A stretch of 64,000 nt of DNA from a virus (taxonomy: Duplodnaviria; Caudoviricetes), in the IMG/VR virus record IMGVR_UViG_2802429321_000001, positions 1-64,000 of that record. The stretch is one strand, 5' to 3'. Below, one piece after another: positions 36,340 through 45,218 of the stretch (positions within the stretch are counted from its first letter, which is position 1; each line of letters begins with the position of its first letter). The position numbers were made by a program, and so were the translations under genes. Under the pieces are notes generated by a model. That model saw nothing but the letters and a program-made list of their open reading frames with translations, made no database searches and was not told the DNA's origin.

Positions 36340-37118
36340 ATGCCCCCAGGGCGCCGGTACTGCTTGCCCATCACCGGGAGCCACGCGCCCGGGGCGAGCT
36401 CGGGGTCGTGCGGGGCGTAGGCGTTCCACATGCTCGTCTTGAAGTCCGCGAGCCCGGATGGCTCGCTGGGGTAGGCGATGTCGTCGCGGATCGCGTACCC
36501 GAGATACTCGTCGCGGCGGACCCGGGTGTTGCCGGAGGCGTCCCGGTCGGCCATGGCCGCGAGGATCGCGCCCGCCGTGTGGTCGACGTGGTCCCGGTTG
36601 GGTGCGGGGTCGCGGTGGCCGAGGGTGTTCTGGGTGCGGATGTAGTCCGGGGCCACGTCGGTGATCAGCGCGCTGAGCATGGCGACGAACGCGGCCTGCG
36701 TGTAGCCGGGGCGGCCGTCGATCGGGTTCGCGATAAACGCGGGGTCGTGCAGCATCCGGTACAGGTCCCCGGTCGGGTCCTCCGGAGCCGCGGCGGCGTG
36801 GATGAACGTGAACACCAAGTGCAAGTTCGTGCCGTTGAGCTGGTTGGTGGCGACCTGGTGGCCATTCCACGTCTTCAGCTGGTACGTCCAGGAGTTTGGC
36901 ATGCCACACGCCTCGGCGTAGGCGGCGCGCGCACCCTGGATGCGCATGTCCGCGTAGTCCATGCCGCCGTAGGTCTTCCCCGTCCGGTACGGAACCTCAC
37001 CGGCGGTGAGGTACACCGTCCACACGGTGCGGCCGTCGAAGATGTCGCCCCACAGGTCGGGGTTCATGAACAGGAGGTCATCGTCCTGGTGGGCGATGAA
37101 CTGGATGGCGGTGGTCAC
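36297..37118 (-). CDS. PIG-L/LmbE-family deacetylase
   Basis: AHQDDD, VYLTAGE, HVDH. Confidence 0.88.
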   Translation of the reverse strand: MTTAIQFIAHQDDDLLFMNPDLWGDIFDGRTVWTVYLTAGEVPYRTGKTYGGMDYADMRIQGARAAYAEACGMPNSWTYQLKTWNGHQVATNQLNGTNLHLVFTFIHAAAAPEDPTGDLYRMLHDPAFIANPIDGRPGYTQAAFVAMLSALITDVAPDYIRTQNTLGHRDPAPNRDHVDHTAGAILAAMADRDASGNTRVRRDEYLGYAIRDDIAYPSEPSGLADFKTSMWNAYAPHDPELAPGAWLPVMGKQYRRPGGIYLPGSSWAAPTDF

Positions 37119-37265
37119 GGATTCCCCTCGGCAGGTGGGTCGGCCGCCGCGGGGGCACCCGCGCGGTCCCGCGGCGGCCAGATCAGGTGCACGTCAGCAG
37201 ACGTGCAGGAACAGGTGGACGAACAGCAACAGCACCCCAGTCACCTCCCCCCCGAGGTGGATCGG

Positions 37266-37442
37266 TCACTCCTTGTCGGTGAGGAGTGCGACCTGGTGCC
37301 CGTAGCGGGCAGCGAGGTGCTGGCAGTACCAGTCACCCTCTCGGACCCTGACCTGACAGGTATCGCAGCTGGCGATCACGTCAGCGGGAGTGATGCTGAT
37401 CGGGAGGACGGCGCCGCGGGTGGTGCGAATCGGCACTGTCAT
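37266..37442 (-). CDS. Small zinc-binding protein
   Basis: CDTC...WYCQH. Confidence 0.5.
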   Translation of the reverse strand: MTVPIRTTRGAVLPISITPADVIASCDTCQVRVREGDWYCQHLAARYGHQVALLTDKE

Positions 37443-37446
37443 CTCC

Positions 37447-37671
37447 TCACGTGTGGTGGCGCGCGATCGCGGCGTTGGCCCGGAACATGCAGTCCTCGAG
37501 GTGCTCGATCGCGAGGTCCCGGTCATCGCAGGGCGGCACAACGTCGAGCAGGTGCCGGGCCAGGGTGCGACAGAGTGAGCGCACCGATTCGTGGGCTGCT
37601 CGACGCGTGTAGCTGTCAGCAGGGTGGTGGGCGAATCGGTGCTCAATGTCGTCGTGAGCAGCGGAAGTCAA
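37447..37671 (-). CDS. Acb2/Tad1-like helical hairpin protein
   Basis: IEHRFAHHP...HESVR...LAIEHLEDCMFRANAAIAR. Confidence 0.6.
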   Translation of the reverse strand: MTSAAHDDIEHRFAHHPADSYTRRAAHESVRSLCRTLARHLLDVVPPCDDRDLAIEHLEDCMFRANAAIARHHT

Positions 37672-37693
37672 CGAGATCCCCAGGGTGAAGTGG

Positions 37694-38119
37694 TTAAGCG
37701 CGTGGCCCGAGTGGCTTGTGCTGGCCGGTGTCAGGGTCGATGCCCAGGGAGTCGGCGAGGACACGGATCAGGCGGTTGGTGTCGTCCACTGTGGTGGCTA
37801 TGTGGACTTGCGCCTGGTGGTCGGCGTCGGCCTTCGCGTCCCGTTTCGCGTCGGCCCGGTTCGCCGCGCCTTGCAGGACGGGCAGCGCCCACGCCTGAAA
37901 CCAGGAACTGAAGATCACTGAAACGGCCAGTTTCACCGAGTCCGGTGCGGGCAACGTCAACAACGGCACGAGGAACGTCACCCAGAACAGGGCCATCGAG
38001 CCGAGGACGCTGGACGCGATCCGGGCCACCATGAGGTTGAACCGATTGGTGGCCTGTCTGGTGGCGAGGAACTCACGAGGGTGCGGGACCTGAGGGTGCA
38101 CCACCACCCCCGGTGTCAC
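37694..38119 (-). CDS. DUF1003-like membrane protein
   Basis: Two TM, LGSM, LPVLQGAANRAD. Confidence 0.6.
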   Translation of the reverse strand: MTPGVVVHPQVPHPREFLATRQATNRFNLMVARIASSVLGSMALFWVTFLVPLLTLPAPDSVKLAVSVIFSSWFQAWALPVLQGAANRADAKRDAKADADHQAQVHIATTVDDTNRLIRVLADSLGIDPDTGQHKPLGPRA

Positions 38120-38207
38120 TCTCGACAGCAGAAATCCTCAGCACGCTGGCTGAGGATTCTGGGCACAGATGTGGCTAGAACAAGCATGGACTGTCCAGGT
38201 TGAATGG

Positions 38208-38585
38208 TCAAGTTTGGTGGCGTTGGGCGCGTCGCTGCCTCATTTCGGCATCCACGTTCTCCACGTCACCAACCCTGACGCGGAGGCGCCCATCGGAACC
38301 GGGGTGAGCAGTGAGTCGCTGGTCGCGCCTGGCCCACTTGTAGATCATGTCCCGGCTGCGGCCGACAAGCTCGGCGGCCACGTCGAGGGTGACCAGGTCG
38401 TTCTCCCCGTGGATCGCGACAGTGGGAAGGAGCCACTGCTGCCCGAACACCTCCGCCTGCCGGTCGAGGTGTGCGCAGGTATCTGGGTCCACGAGCTGGA
38501 GGGCACGCCGGTACTCGCGTGCGATGGCGCGGGCGGCGTCCAGGGCGGTGTCGCCGGGGATGGGCCACCGTCTCGGCTTGATCAC
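38208..38585 (-). CDS. HTH DNA-binding protein (putative late regulator)
   Basis: VTLDVAAELVGRSRDMIYKWAR. Confidence 0.75.
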   Translation of the reverse strand: MIKPRRWPIPGDTALDAARAIAREYRRALQLVDPDTCAHLDRQAEVFGQQWLLPTVAIHGENDLVTLDVAAELVGRSRDMIYKWARRDQRLTAHPGSDGRLRVRVGDVENVDAEMRQRRAQRHQT

Positions 38586-39322
38586 GCCGCGTCGTGTTCG
38601 TAGGCGCGGGCCAGGATGCGCGACAGGTTGTCGTAGTCGTCGAGCGTCATCCTGTGTCGGCAGCGGCGGCAGTTGATGTGACTGTCGCCCTCCTGACGTT
38701 CCAGGCTGAGCCGAGAGCACGCCGGGCACGGGGTCCAGAGCCGGTCGGATCGGTGAGAACGGCCAGCGAGCGCCTCGACACGGTCATGCAGGCCGAGAAG
38801 TGCCAGGCCCCCGTCGACACCGTCCTCCTCGACAACGACACGCGCGTCCCCGGACCAGCGCATCACGGCGGTCATCGGCAGGTCGAGGAGCGCGGGCCAA
38901 CTGTCGAGGAGCACATCAACAGAGCGTCGCGCCCGGTAGTTGGGGCGGCCACCGATGTGCAGGTAGGTTCCGGCGCGTTCGGCGACAGGCCACGCCCATC
39001 GTTCAAGTTCATCGACGAGGGCGGCTTGGAGGGCTTCGACGTTGAGGCGGATGGGGACGGGTAGTTCCCGGGTGCCCCCGGTGGGTTCGGTGAGGGGGTT
39101 GGCGCCTTTACCGAGGAGTTCGCCGAGCTCGTCGTAGTCCGCGAGGGCCTGTTCGATGGCGCGGCGCACGGTGTCGGTGTCCATGCGGCAGAGGCCGCTG
39201 GGGGCCGTTGCCCAGTCAGGGACGCGGGCGCGGGTGGTGCCGTCGTCTGCGGTGTTGGTGTAGGTGCGGGCGTTGGTGCAGTGGGTGCCGCGGCGGCAGC
39301 GGAGTGTGTCTTCGGTAGTCAT
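38582..39322 (-). CDS. Zinc-ribbon phage protein
   Basis: N-terminal C..C, LPVPIRL, C-terminal CPAC...CRRC. Confidence 0.7.
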   Translation of the reverse strand: MTTEDTLRCRRGTHCTNARTYTNTADDGTTRARVPDWATAPSGLCRMDTDTVRRAIEQALADYDELGELLGKGANPLTEPTGGTRELPVPIRLNVEALQAALVDELERWAWPVAERAGTYLHIGGRPNYRARRSVDVLLDSWPALLDLPMTAVMRWSGDARVVVEEDGVDGGLALLGLHDRVEALAGRSHRSDRLWTPCPACSRLSLERQEGDSHINCRRCRHRMTLDDYDNLSRILARAYEHDAA

Positions 39323-39543
39323 GACAGACCTCTCTGACTGGTGGTGGCGGCTGGCGACCTAGGCCACTGACTGGGGTGGACGTTGGAGAACGGGTCAGGC
39401 GCCGATCGCGACCAGCAGTGCCGCGACGCCCGCGAGGACGGCGGCAGTGACCCCGAGGATCAGTCCGGCGCGTCCGCTGATGAGGTAGGCGAGCGCGAGT
39501 GCGAGGACGGCTACGGGGATGAGTAGGGCGCGGAGCATGGGGT

Positions 39544-40005
39544 TCACGGGGTCTCCTTCGTGTGGGTGTTGAGCCAGGAGCGTTGGACGCCTCGAATGGA
39601 GACATGGACCTCGGCGGGCCGGGTGTAACGGTCGTGCTCTATGGACGTGTACTGCTTCTCGTGGCCGGTGGTGAGGTTCACTGCGACTGGGACGACGCCG
39701 TGCTCATCCAGTTGGTCGGCGAACTCGGTCAGGGCTGCGGCGAGTGCACGCAGCGGGTTCGGCAGCGCATTGATCCGCTGCGCGAGGTGATCCTCGAGGC
39801 CGCCCACAGTGGATTCTGGGGAGCCAACCACGAACGGGCTCTCCACGGGAGACGGTGCTTCCGGGAGAGTCTGCCGCCACACGTGTCGGGCCGCCATCGT
39901 GGTCTCAAGGAGCTGATCGGACCCGACAGGCCAGGGCGGGGTGGTCCACTCGCGGCGGGTCTGGACAGCGAGGAGTTCGGGGTTGACGTCGTCGTGGGGG
40001 ATCAC
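39544..40005 (-). CDS. Hypothetical protein
   Basis: Coupled ORF. Confidence 0.5.
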   Translation of the reverse strand: MIPHDDVNPELLAVQTRREWTTPPWPVGSDQLLETTMAARHVWRQTLPEAPSPVESPFVVGSPESTVGGLEDHLAQRINALPNPLRALAAALTEFADQLDEHGVVPVAVNLTTGHEKQYTSIEHDRYTRPAEVHVSIRGVQRSWLNTHTKETP

Positions 40006-40184
40006 GTGGTCTCCTCGGGGCGGGTGTCGCGGTGGCGGCCGGAGCCGGGGCAGGTGGCGCCTTTGGGTTTGCCGGTTCGGCTGTGGCGTTCGGTGCGGTG
40101 GGGTGCGAGGTATCCGGTGTGGCGGTCCACGACGATCCCTGGGCGGTGGCAGAAGTTGCAGCACGCCAGTTCGGGGCCGGTCAC
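40002..40184 (-). CDS. Small zinc-binding protein
   Basis: CNFC...H...CPGSG. Confidence 0.6.
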   Translation of the reverse strand: MTGPELACCNFCHRPGIVVDRHTGYLAPHRTERHSRTGKPKGATCPGSGRHRDTRPEETT

Positions 40185-40606
40185 CGTCGCCTACCGGGGT
40201 TGATGCTGCGCGGAGCACGTTGTTGTCGAGCGGGTCCGGTATTGCGGTTGCGATGGAGTTCGAGCGCATGAGCGCGAGCATCGACCTCGTTGTGGTTCAT
40301 GGGCTTCTCGGTCAGCAAGCCGAGGAGGCCGCGGGAGGCCACGTCGGCCGCTGTGGCCATGCTGGCAATTGCGTTCCTGATGGCCTGTTGGAAGCCGTGG
40401 ATGTCGAGTGTGACGTCGATGGAGATGGCGTTCGTGAGGCGTCCGATTGGGCTTGCGAGTGCCACACCCTGGAGCCGCTGCCACTCGTACTGGCAGACAT
40501 CGTTGCAGTAATACTCGGACGGTCCGTCAGAGCGGAGTTCGGCCTGGCACCAGCCGCAGACGGGCGCGGTGACCTGGTCGATGGCAGCGATGATGTCCGG
40601 GGTCAC
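40181..40606 (-). CDS. Hypothetical zinc-binding protein
   Basis: CGWC...YYCNDVCQ. Confidence 0.65.
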   Translation of the reverse strand: MTPDIIAAIDQVTAPVCGWCQAELRSDGPSEYYCNDVCQYEWQRLQGVALASPIGRLTNAISIDVTLDIHGFQQAIRNAIASMATAADVASRGLLGLLTEKPMNHNEVDARAHALELHRNRNTGPARQQRAPRSINPGRRR

Positions 40607-40797
40607 GTCTGCTCCTTGTCGCGCTCAGCTACCTCACCGAAGTAGTGGTCCCACATCGCTTCGAAGTTGAACTCGTCGATGTGGAAGGTGACCTTGGGCA
40701 GTGGGGCGAACCACCGCTGTCGATAGACGCAGTTCTCGATGCGCATCGGGTCGCGGAGTCCGAGTCTCCGCGCGGTGCCGGGCTTGATCGGGGTCAC
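40603..40797 (-). CDS. Hypothetical protein
   Basis: Coupled ORF. Confidence 0.5.
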   Translation of the reverse strand: MTPIKPGTARRLGLRDPMRIENCVYRQRWFAPLPKVTFHIDEFNFEAMWDHYFGEVAERDKEQT

Positions 40798-41420
40798 TGG
40801 GCCACCTCGTCGGCCATTAGCTCGACCTTGGCCCGTGCGATAGCGAACAGCGCCCGATCTGCCTCGTGCTGTGCCTCGAACTCGCCAGACAGCGCATGGT
40901 CGGACAGCCGCCAGTACCGTGCCTCCTCTGCCTCTTGCCGCTCCAGCAGTTTCAGCACGTTGATCAGTGCGTCAAGCGTGGCCCACGTGCCGTCAAGAAG
41001 CAGCGGCTGGCCGTCCTTGCAGGTCGACCATGCGTAGCTTTGGAGGCTGATGATGCGCAGGGACGCTCGCCGGTCGTAGAACGCTGCCTTGTAGAACACG
41101 GCACACCGCTTCCGGCCGTGCTCGTCGATGATGTCGGACCACACGCCGTGGCCGTTCGACTGCTTCGACCAGCCCGCCGGGAGTCGCGCGTACTGGAACA
41201 GCGGGTCGCCATCAACTGCGGGGCCGAGAGTGAACCCGAGTCCGATCAGGCTCTCCTCGGTGCCGCCGCGGATGTCTGTTGGGATGACCTCGGAGGCGAC
41301 GAACTCGCGCTGGCCTTGAGCCTCCATGTTGGTGATGTACCTGTCCGAGCCTGGATCAGCGCGGGCGGCGAGGAAGTGCAGTAGAGGGTCGCGGTTGGTG
41401 GTGTTCTCAGGCGTGGTCAC
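40794..41420 (-). CDS. Hypothetical phage protein
   Basis: EAQGQREFV...DPLF...VFYKAAFYDR. Confidence 0.7.
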   Translation of the reverse strand: MTTPENTTNRDPLLHFLAARADPGSDRYITNMEAQGQREFVASEVIPTDIRGGTEESLIGLGFTLGPAVDGDPLFQYARLPAGWSKQSNGHGVWSDIIDEHGRKRCAVFYKAAFYDRRASLRIISLQSYAWSTCKDGQPLLLDGTWATLDALINVLKLLERQEAEEARYWRLSDHALSGEFEAQHEADRALFAIARAKVELMADEVAQ

Positions 41421-42481
41421 TGTCCTGCTCCCCACACTGGGATCTTGACGGGTGCGTCGGCGGTTGGCGCGCTGCGGAGCTTGATGCCGGGATCGCTGGG
41501 TCCGTACACGTAGCTGACGGGCTGCGGTGCGGTCGCTGGTAGCCGGTCGCGGGTGACGCAGCGCGGGTCAGCGAAGACCTGCGGCGAGTTGGCCATACGC
41601 AACCACGAGTTGTTGTCGAACCACGCGATGGCGCCAACGAGCTTCGGGTAGGTCTTCGCGAGGGCGTCCCGCAGGATTCGCGTGTCCCAGTAGGCGGGGG
41701 TCGTGTCCGCGTTACTGGACGGCCCGAACTCGAACAGCAGAGCGGGCTTGCCGGTACCGACTAAGGCGGTGTAGTCGCCGCTGTTGGCGAACGTCACCTT
41801 CGTGGGGTCAGGCAGGTACAGGCTCGCGCCCACGACCTGCGCGTCCGGGGTGAGGCCGTACAGGATCGGCGAGTACCACGACATCGCCCCCGACCATGCG
41901 GGGATCACGTTCGGGCAAGCACCGATCACGCGGCCCATTAGGTCTGTCCACAGTGCCTTCACCCCAGCCTCGGAGCGTGCCGGGTTCGTGTTGTCCCGGC
42001 CCCACACGAACCAGCTTCCGCCAGCCTCGTGGAATGGCCGGAAGATCACCGGCGCATCCGAGGGCAGGGCGTGGATGTAGTCGATGACCCGCTGCGCCAC
42101 CCGCAGGTACCGCGCCCGCGCTGTGCTCGTACCCGATAGGACACTGGTCAGGTCCGGTTTCGCCGTGTTCGTGTTGGCGACCCACGCTGACCCGATGGAC
42201 TGGTCACTGCCCCACAGGTTCGGCATGTGCATGCAGGCCGCGATCAAGCCGCCTTGCTGGGCGTGGGTGGTGGCGATCTTCTGGGCACCTGGGTTGAGGG
42301 CGATGCTGGAACTGTCGTTGTCGCCGACGGGGATGTTGACGCCGAGGATCGCGGGCGGCTTCGCGATGTCGAGCAACTGCGCTGCGGTTGGGGTCCGGTC
42401 GTCGCTGGGTAGCTGCTGCCCGGCGAGCCACGCGTTGCCACGGATGGCGGTCAGGTACGGGACAACGTCGGCGGCCTTCAC
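41417..42481 (-). CDS. GH26-like glycoside hydrolase
   Basis: VIFRPFHEAGGSWFVWG (acid/base E), LLFEFG (nucleophile E); no signal peptide seen. Confidence 0.8.
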   Translation of the reverse strand: MKAADVVPYLTAIRGNAWLAGQQLPSDDRTPTAAQLLDIAKPPAILGVNIPVGDNDSSSIALNPGAQKIATTHAQQGGLIAACMHMPNLWGSDQSIGSAWVANTNTAKPDLTSVLSGTSTARARYLRVAQRVIDYIHALPSDAPVIFRPFHEAGGSWFVWGRDNTNPARSEAGVKALWTDLMGRVIGACPNVIPAWSGAMSWYSPILYGLTPDAQVVGASLYLPDPTKVTFANSGDYTALVGTGKPALLFEFGPSSNADTTPAYWDTRILRDALAKTYPKLVGAIAWFDNNSWLRMANSPQVFADPRCVTRDRLPATAPQPVSYVYGPSDPGIKLRSAPTADAPVKIPVWGAGQ

Positions 42482-43164
42482 ACGCTCACCTCCTCGTAGG
42501 TGGCCTGGAAAATGTCATCTCGGCACGGATAGAACTCGCCCTTGACGCCCCGGATGATCCAGTCGCCGAAGTTGGCGTGCATGACGTCTTCGAGGGTGCG
42601 GATTGCGATGGTGTGCGGGATGTCGCAGTCGTTCGTTGCGCACCTGTCGGTGTTGGTGCAGTAGTAGCAGTAGTAGTTCGCGCGTCCACCGTTGGCCAGG
42701 ACCCAGTCGATGATCGGAATCGTGCCTTCAGCGGTTCCGTCCCACCGCATGGCCTGGATCTCAACGGGCTTATTGCGGTATGTCCGTGCGTTTATCTTCG
42801 CTGCGCGTTCGAGGATGATCTGCGCGACCTGGAGTGCGGCGAGGTCTTCGTCAAGGATCGGGCCGTCCCAGCTGAACTGGCCTCTGAGCGCCGTGCCTCG
42901 AAGCCATGCTTCGATGCGGGACGCCATGAACGGAGACATCAAGGCAATCCACCGCTGATCGGCGTCGTTCGGAGGCCAGTGCTCCGCCTCGGCTTTGAGC
43001 ACGTTCATCGGATGCAGTGGTGTTCCCGCGATGTCCTGCGGGTGCACGAGCTCAACTGAGTCGCCCCAGTGCTGCCACTCCCACGGTCCAGGGGTCGCCT
43101 TGCCAGCCAGCTCGGCAAGCAGGTCTGCGGCTTTGGCGAGGATGTCCTGCGGGCTGTCAGCCAC
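42478..43164 (-). CDS. Fusion of Ead/Ea22-like N-terminus and a phage TLEG-type domain
   Basis: KATPGPW...DQRWIA; RNKPVEIQAMRW...GDWIIRGVKGEFYPC. Confidence 0.7.
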   Translation of the reverse strand: MADSPQDILAKAADLLAELAGKATPGPWEWQHWGDSVELVHPQDIAGTPLHPMNVLKAEAEHWPPNDADQRWIALMSPFMASRIEAWLRGTALRGQFSWDGPILDEDLAALQVAQIILERAAKINARTYRNKPVEIQAMRWDGTAEGTIPIIDWVLANGGRANYYCYYCTNTDRCATNDCDIPHTIAIRTLEDVMHANFGDWIIRGVKGEFYPCRDDIFQATYEEVSV

Positions 43165-43466
43165 GACGCCCCTCCTCCGCCGTGAGCCCGAGCATGTCGA
43201 GGAGGCGTGCGCAGTCCCCGACATCCACGGCGTTTGAGGCAACCCAGCGGACCGCGGCTCGCTTCTGCTCGTCCGGGCTACCGCCTTTGATGCTGCCCGC
43301 CAACAACTGGCCGCGTTCGTGGATGTCGCTGCTCACCGACGCCCCGCCTCAAGCTCGGCGGCACGGCGACGAACCCACCTAGCAGCAGACGGCCAACCAG
43401 CGGACTCCAACTCGGTGGCAACCCGGCGGCGTGTCTCCAAATCAACCTGTGACTGGCTTTTGGTGT

Positions 43467-43694
43467 TCACGTGAGCTCCTCGCTGGTGTGTCTCAGGTAC
43501 CCGGCGGCCTCATGCCAGCCCTGCAAGCGGACCGGGTCGCCGCCTTGGGCGAGGCGCCGGTCGGCTTCGGTGTCGATGAGAGCGGCGTCGTGGAGGCGGA
43601 TGTCGGTGACGCGTCTCCCGACGATGCGGGCGACGGCTGCGGCGTGTGGTTCGTCCAGTTCGCGACGGTCGTCGTGGCCTGGGTGGGTGGTCAC
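43467..43694 (-). CDS. Hypothetical protein
   Basis: Near the head of the leftward operon; RBS. Confidence 0.5.
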   Translation of the reverse strand: MTTHPGHDDRRELDEPHAAAVARIVGRRVTDIRLHDAALIDTEADRRLAQGGDPVRLQGWHEAAGYLRHTSEELT

Positions 43695-43859
43695 GGTTGC
43701 CTCCGTTTGGGTTGGCGGCTGGCCCGGATGGTGGCGAAGTGGCGTCAGGGTATGTCGCTTGCACCGTGTGGGTGATTCTTGTGGCGGGTTTGTTGTGGGG
43801 TGTGTCGGGTGATTTTTGGACGCCAGTGCCTGCTATTCCGGCCCGTTCCGGACTCGGTC

Positions 43860-43956
43860 GGTTTGAGCGGGTTTGAACCGGGCTCATGTTGTGGTGAGAC
43901 CACAACGTCACGATTCCCTGTCGATCTCCAACCGCCCGCAAGGCGCTTTTCGAAAA
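43860..43956. promoter_or_regulatory. Divergent control region of the transfer operon
   Basis: GGTTTGA at 43860 and 43870; GTTGTGGT-gag-ACCACAAC 43888-43906; TTTTCGAAAA 43947-43956. Confidence 0.6.
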
Positions 43957-43981
43957 CTGAAAGAAGTGATCTACTGCGCCC

Positions 43982-44287
43982 ATGACCGACGACGCCGACA
44001 TCCCCGCCAACGTCCTGGAGGAGCTGGTGGCCGCACTCCAAACCACCCCCAACCCCACCCTCCTCAACGTCAGCGCAGAACTCGCCACAGCAGACGATGA
44101 AGAACTCTGCGAACTGGGAAAACGCGTCGCCCGATTCCGCCGCAACGCCAGCGCCGCACTCGGCTGGCTCGCCGCCGAATGCTACGCCCGCGGCATCAGC
44201 TGGCCCCTCATCGCCGAACAATTCGATGTCCCCCTGGCGACGATCCACGGCTACGCGGCCCCGTTTGTCCGAGCGAGGGAGTCCTGA
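43982..44287 (+). CDS. Small protein with C-terminal HTH
   Basis: GISWPLIAEQFDVPLATIHGY. Confidence 0.7.
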   Translation: MTDDADIPANVLEELVAALQTTPNPTLLNVSAELATADDEELCELGKRVARFRRNASAALGWLAAECYARGISWPLIAEQFDVPLATIHGYAAPFVRARES

Positions 44288-44290
44288 GCC

Positions 44291-44755
44291 ATGAGCATCC
44301 TGGGGAACCTCCGCAGTACCAGGCCAGCGCCGGGCGATGACCCGTGGCGCCTGCACTGCGCGGCACACGAACTCGGGCACATGCTCGTCTGGCAGGCATT
44401 CAGTTTCGGGATCGCCGGAGTCACGGTGACTGGTTTCGGTGACCAGGTAGAGGGCTGGACGCACCTCACCGACCAGGGCAAGAACCTCACCAGTCCGGAG
44501 CGTTGCCGCCTCTACCTCGTGGGTCTGCTCGCCGGGCGTGAAGCGGACATGCGGTGGGCCCGGCACTCGCGGCGCCCGTTCCAGGAGAAGCACAGCAAGT
44601 GGGACCTGCGGGAGTTTCAGAGGATCCACCGTCACCCGTGGGTCTGTGACATCACTGTGAACGTGCTTCGAGCCCAAGCGCACGACGCGATCGCCTGCCA
44701 CTGGCCGCAGATCGTGCGGATGGCGCCGAGCCTGGCACGCAAGGGGAGCGTGTAG
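44291..44755 (+). CDS. Stand-alone M41/FtsH-like zinc peptidase, copy 1
   Basis: AAHELGH...LLAGREAD...DL. Confidence 0.75.
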   Translation: MSILGNLRSTRPAPGDDPWRLHCAAHELGHMLVWQAFSFGIAGVTVTGFGDQVEGWTHLTDQGKNLTSPERCRLYLVGLLAGREADMRWARHSRRPFQEKHSKWDLREFQRIHRHPWVCDITVNVLRAQAHDAIACHWPQIVRMAPSLARKGSV

Positions 44756-44757
44756 CT

Positions 44758-45216
44758 GTGAAGGACACCCTGTGGAAACGTGGCTACGAAAGCACGACAG
44801 GTCTTGACCAGCATCGGCTCCGTATCGCCGCACACGAACTCGGTCACATGGTGGCCTGGCAGGAACTTGGCCTGCGAGTCGTCTCTACGCAGGTGTGGGG
44901 ACACGGCGAAGCATCCGAAGGATTCACCAAGCTCGACGGCGGCAAACTCCGCACCAGGGACGACTACTACACGTACCTCGTGGGCCTGGTCGCTGGGCGT
45001 GAGACTGACCTGCGGTGGAGCGAGCTGCACCGGATGCCGATCCGGCCCCAGAACTGGGCGCGGGACATGAACGAGTTCTCACGGCTTCGCAACGAGCGTG
45101 TCATCCGCGACGTCACTGACGCCCACTTCGCTGCTGAGGCGCGCCGACTGGTCCTGGCTGCCTGGTCACATATCAAGTCGCTGGCCCCTGGGTTGGCACG
45201 CAAGGGGAGTGTGTAG
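44758..45216 (+). CDS. Stand-alone M41/FtsH-like zinc peptidase, copy 2
   Basis: AAHELGH...LVAGRETD...DM; tandem paralog. Confidence 0.75.
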   Translation: MKDTLWKRGYESTTGLDQHRLRIAAHELGHMVAWQELGLRVVSTQVWGHGEASEGFTKLDGGKLRTRDDYYTYLVGLVAGRETDLRWSELHRMPIRPQNWARDMNEFSRLRNERVIRDVTDAHFAAEARRLVLAAWSHIKSLAPGLARKGSV

Positions 45217-45218
45217 CC

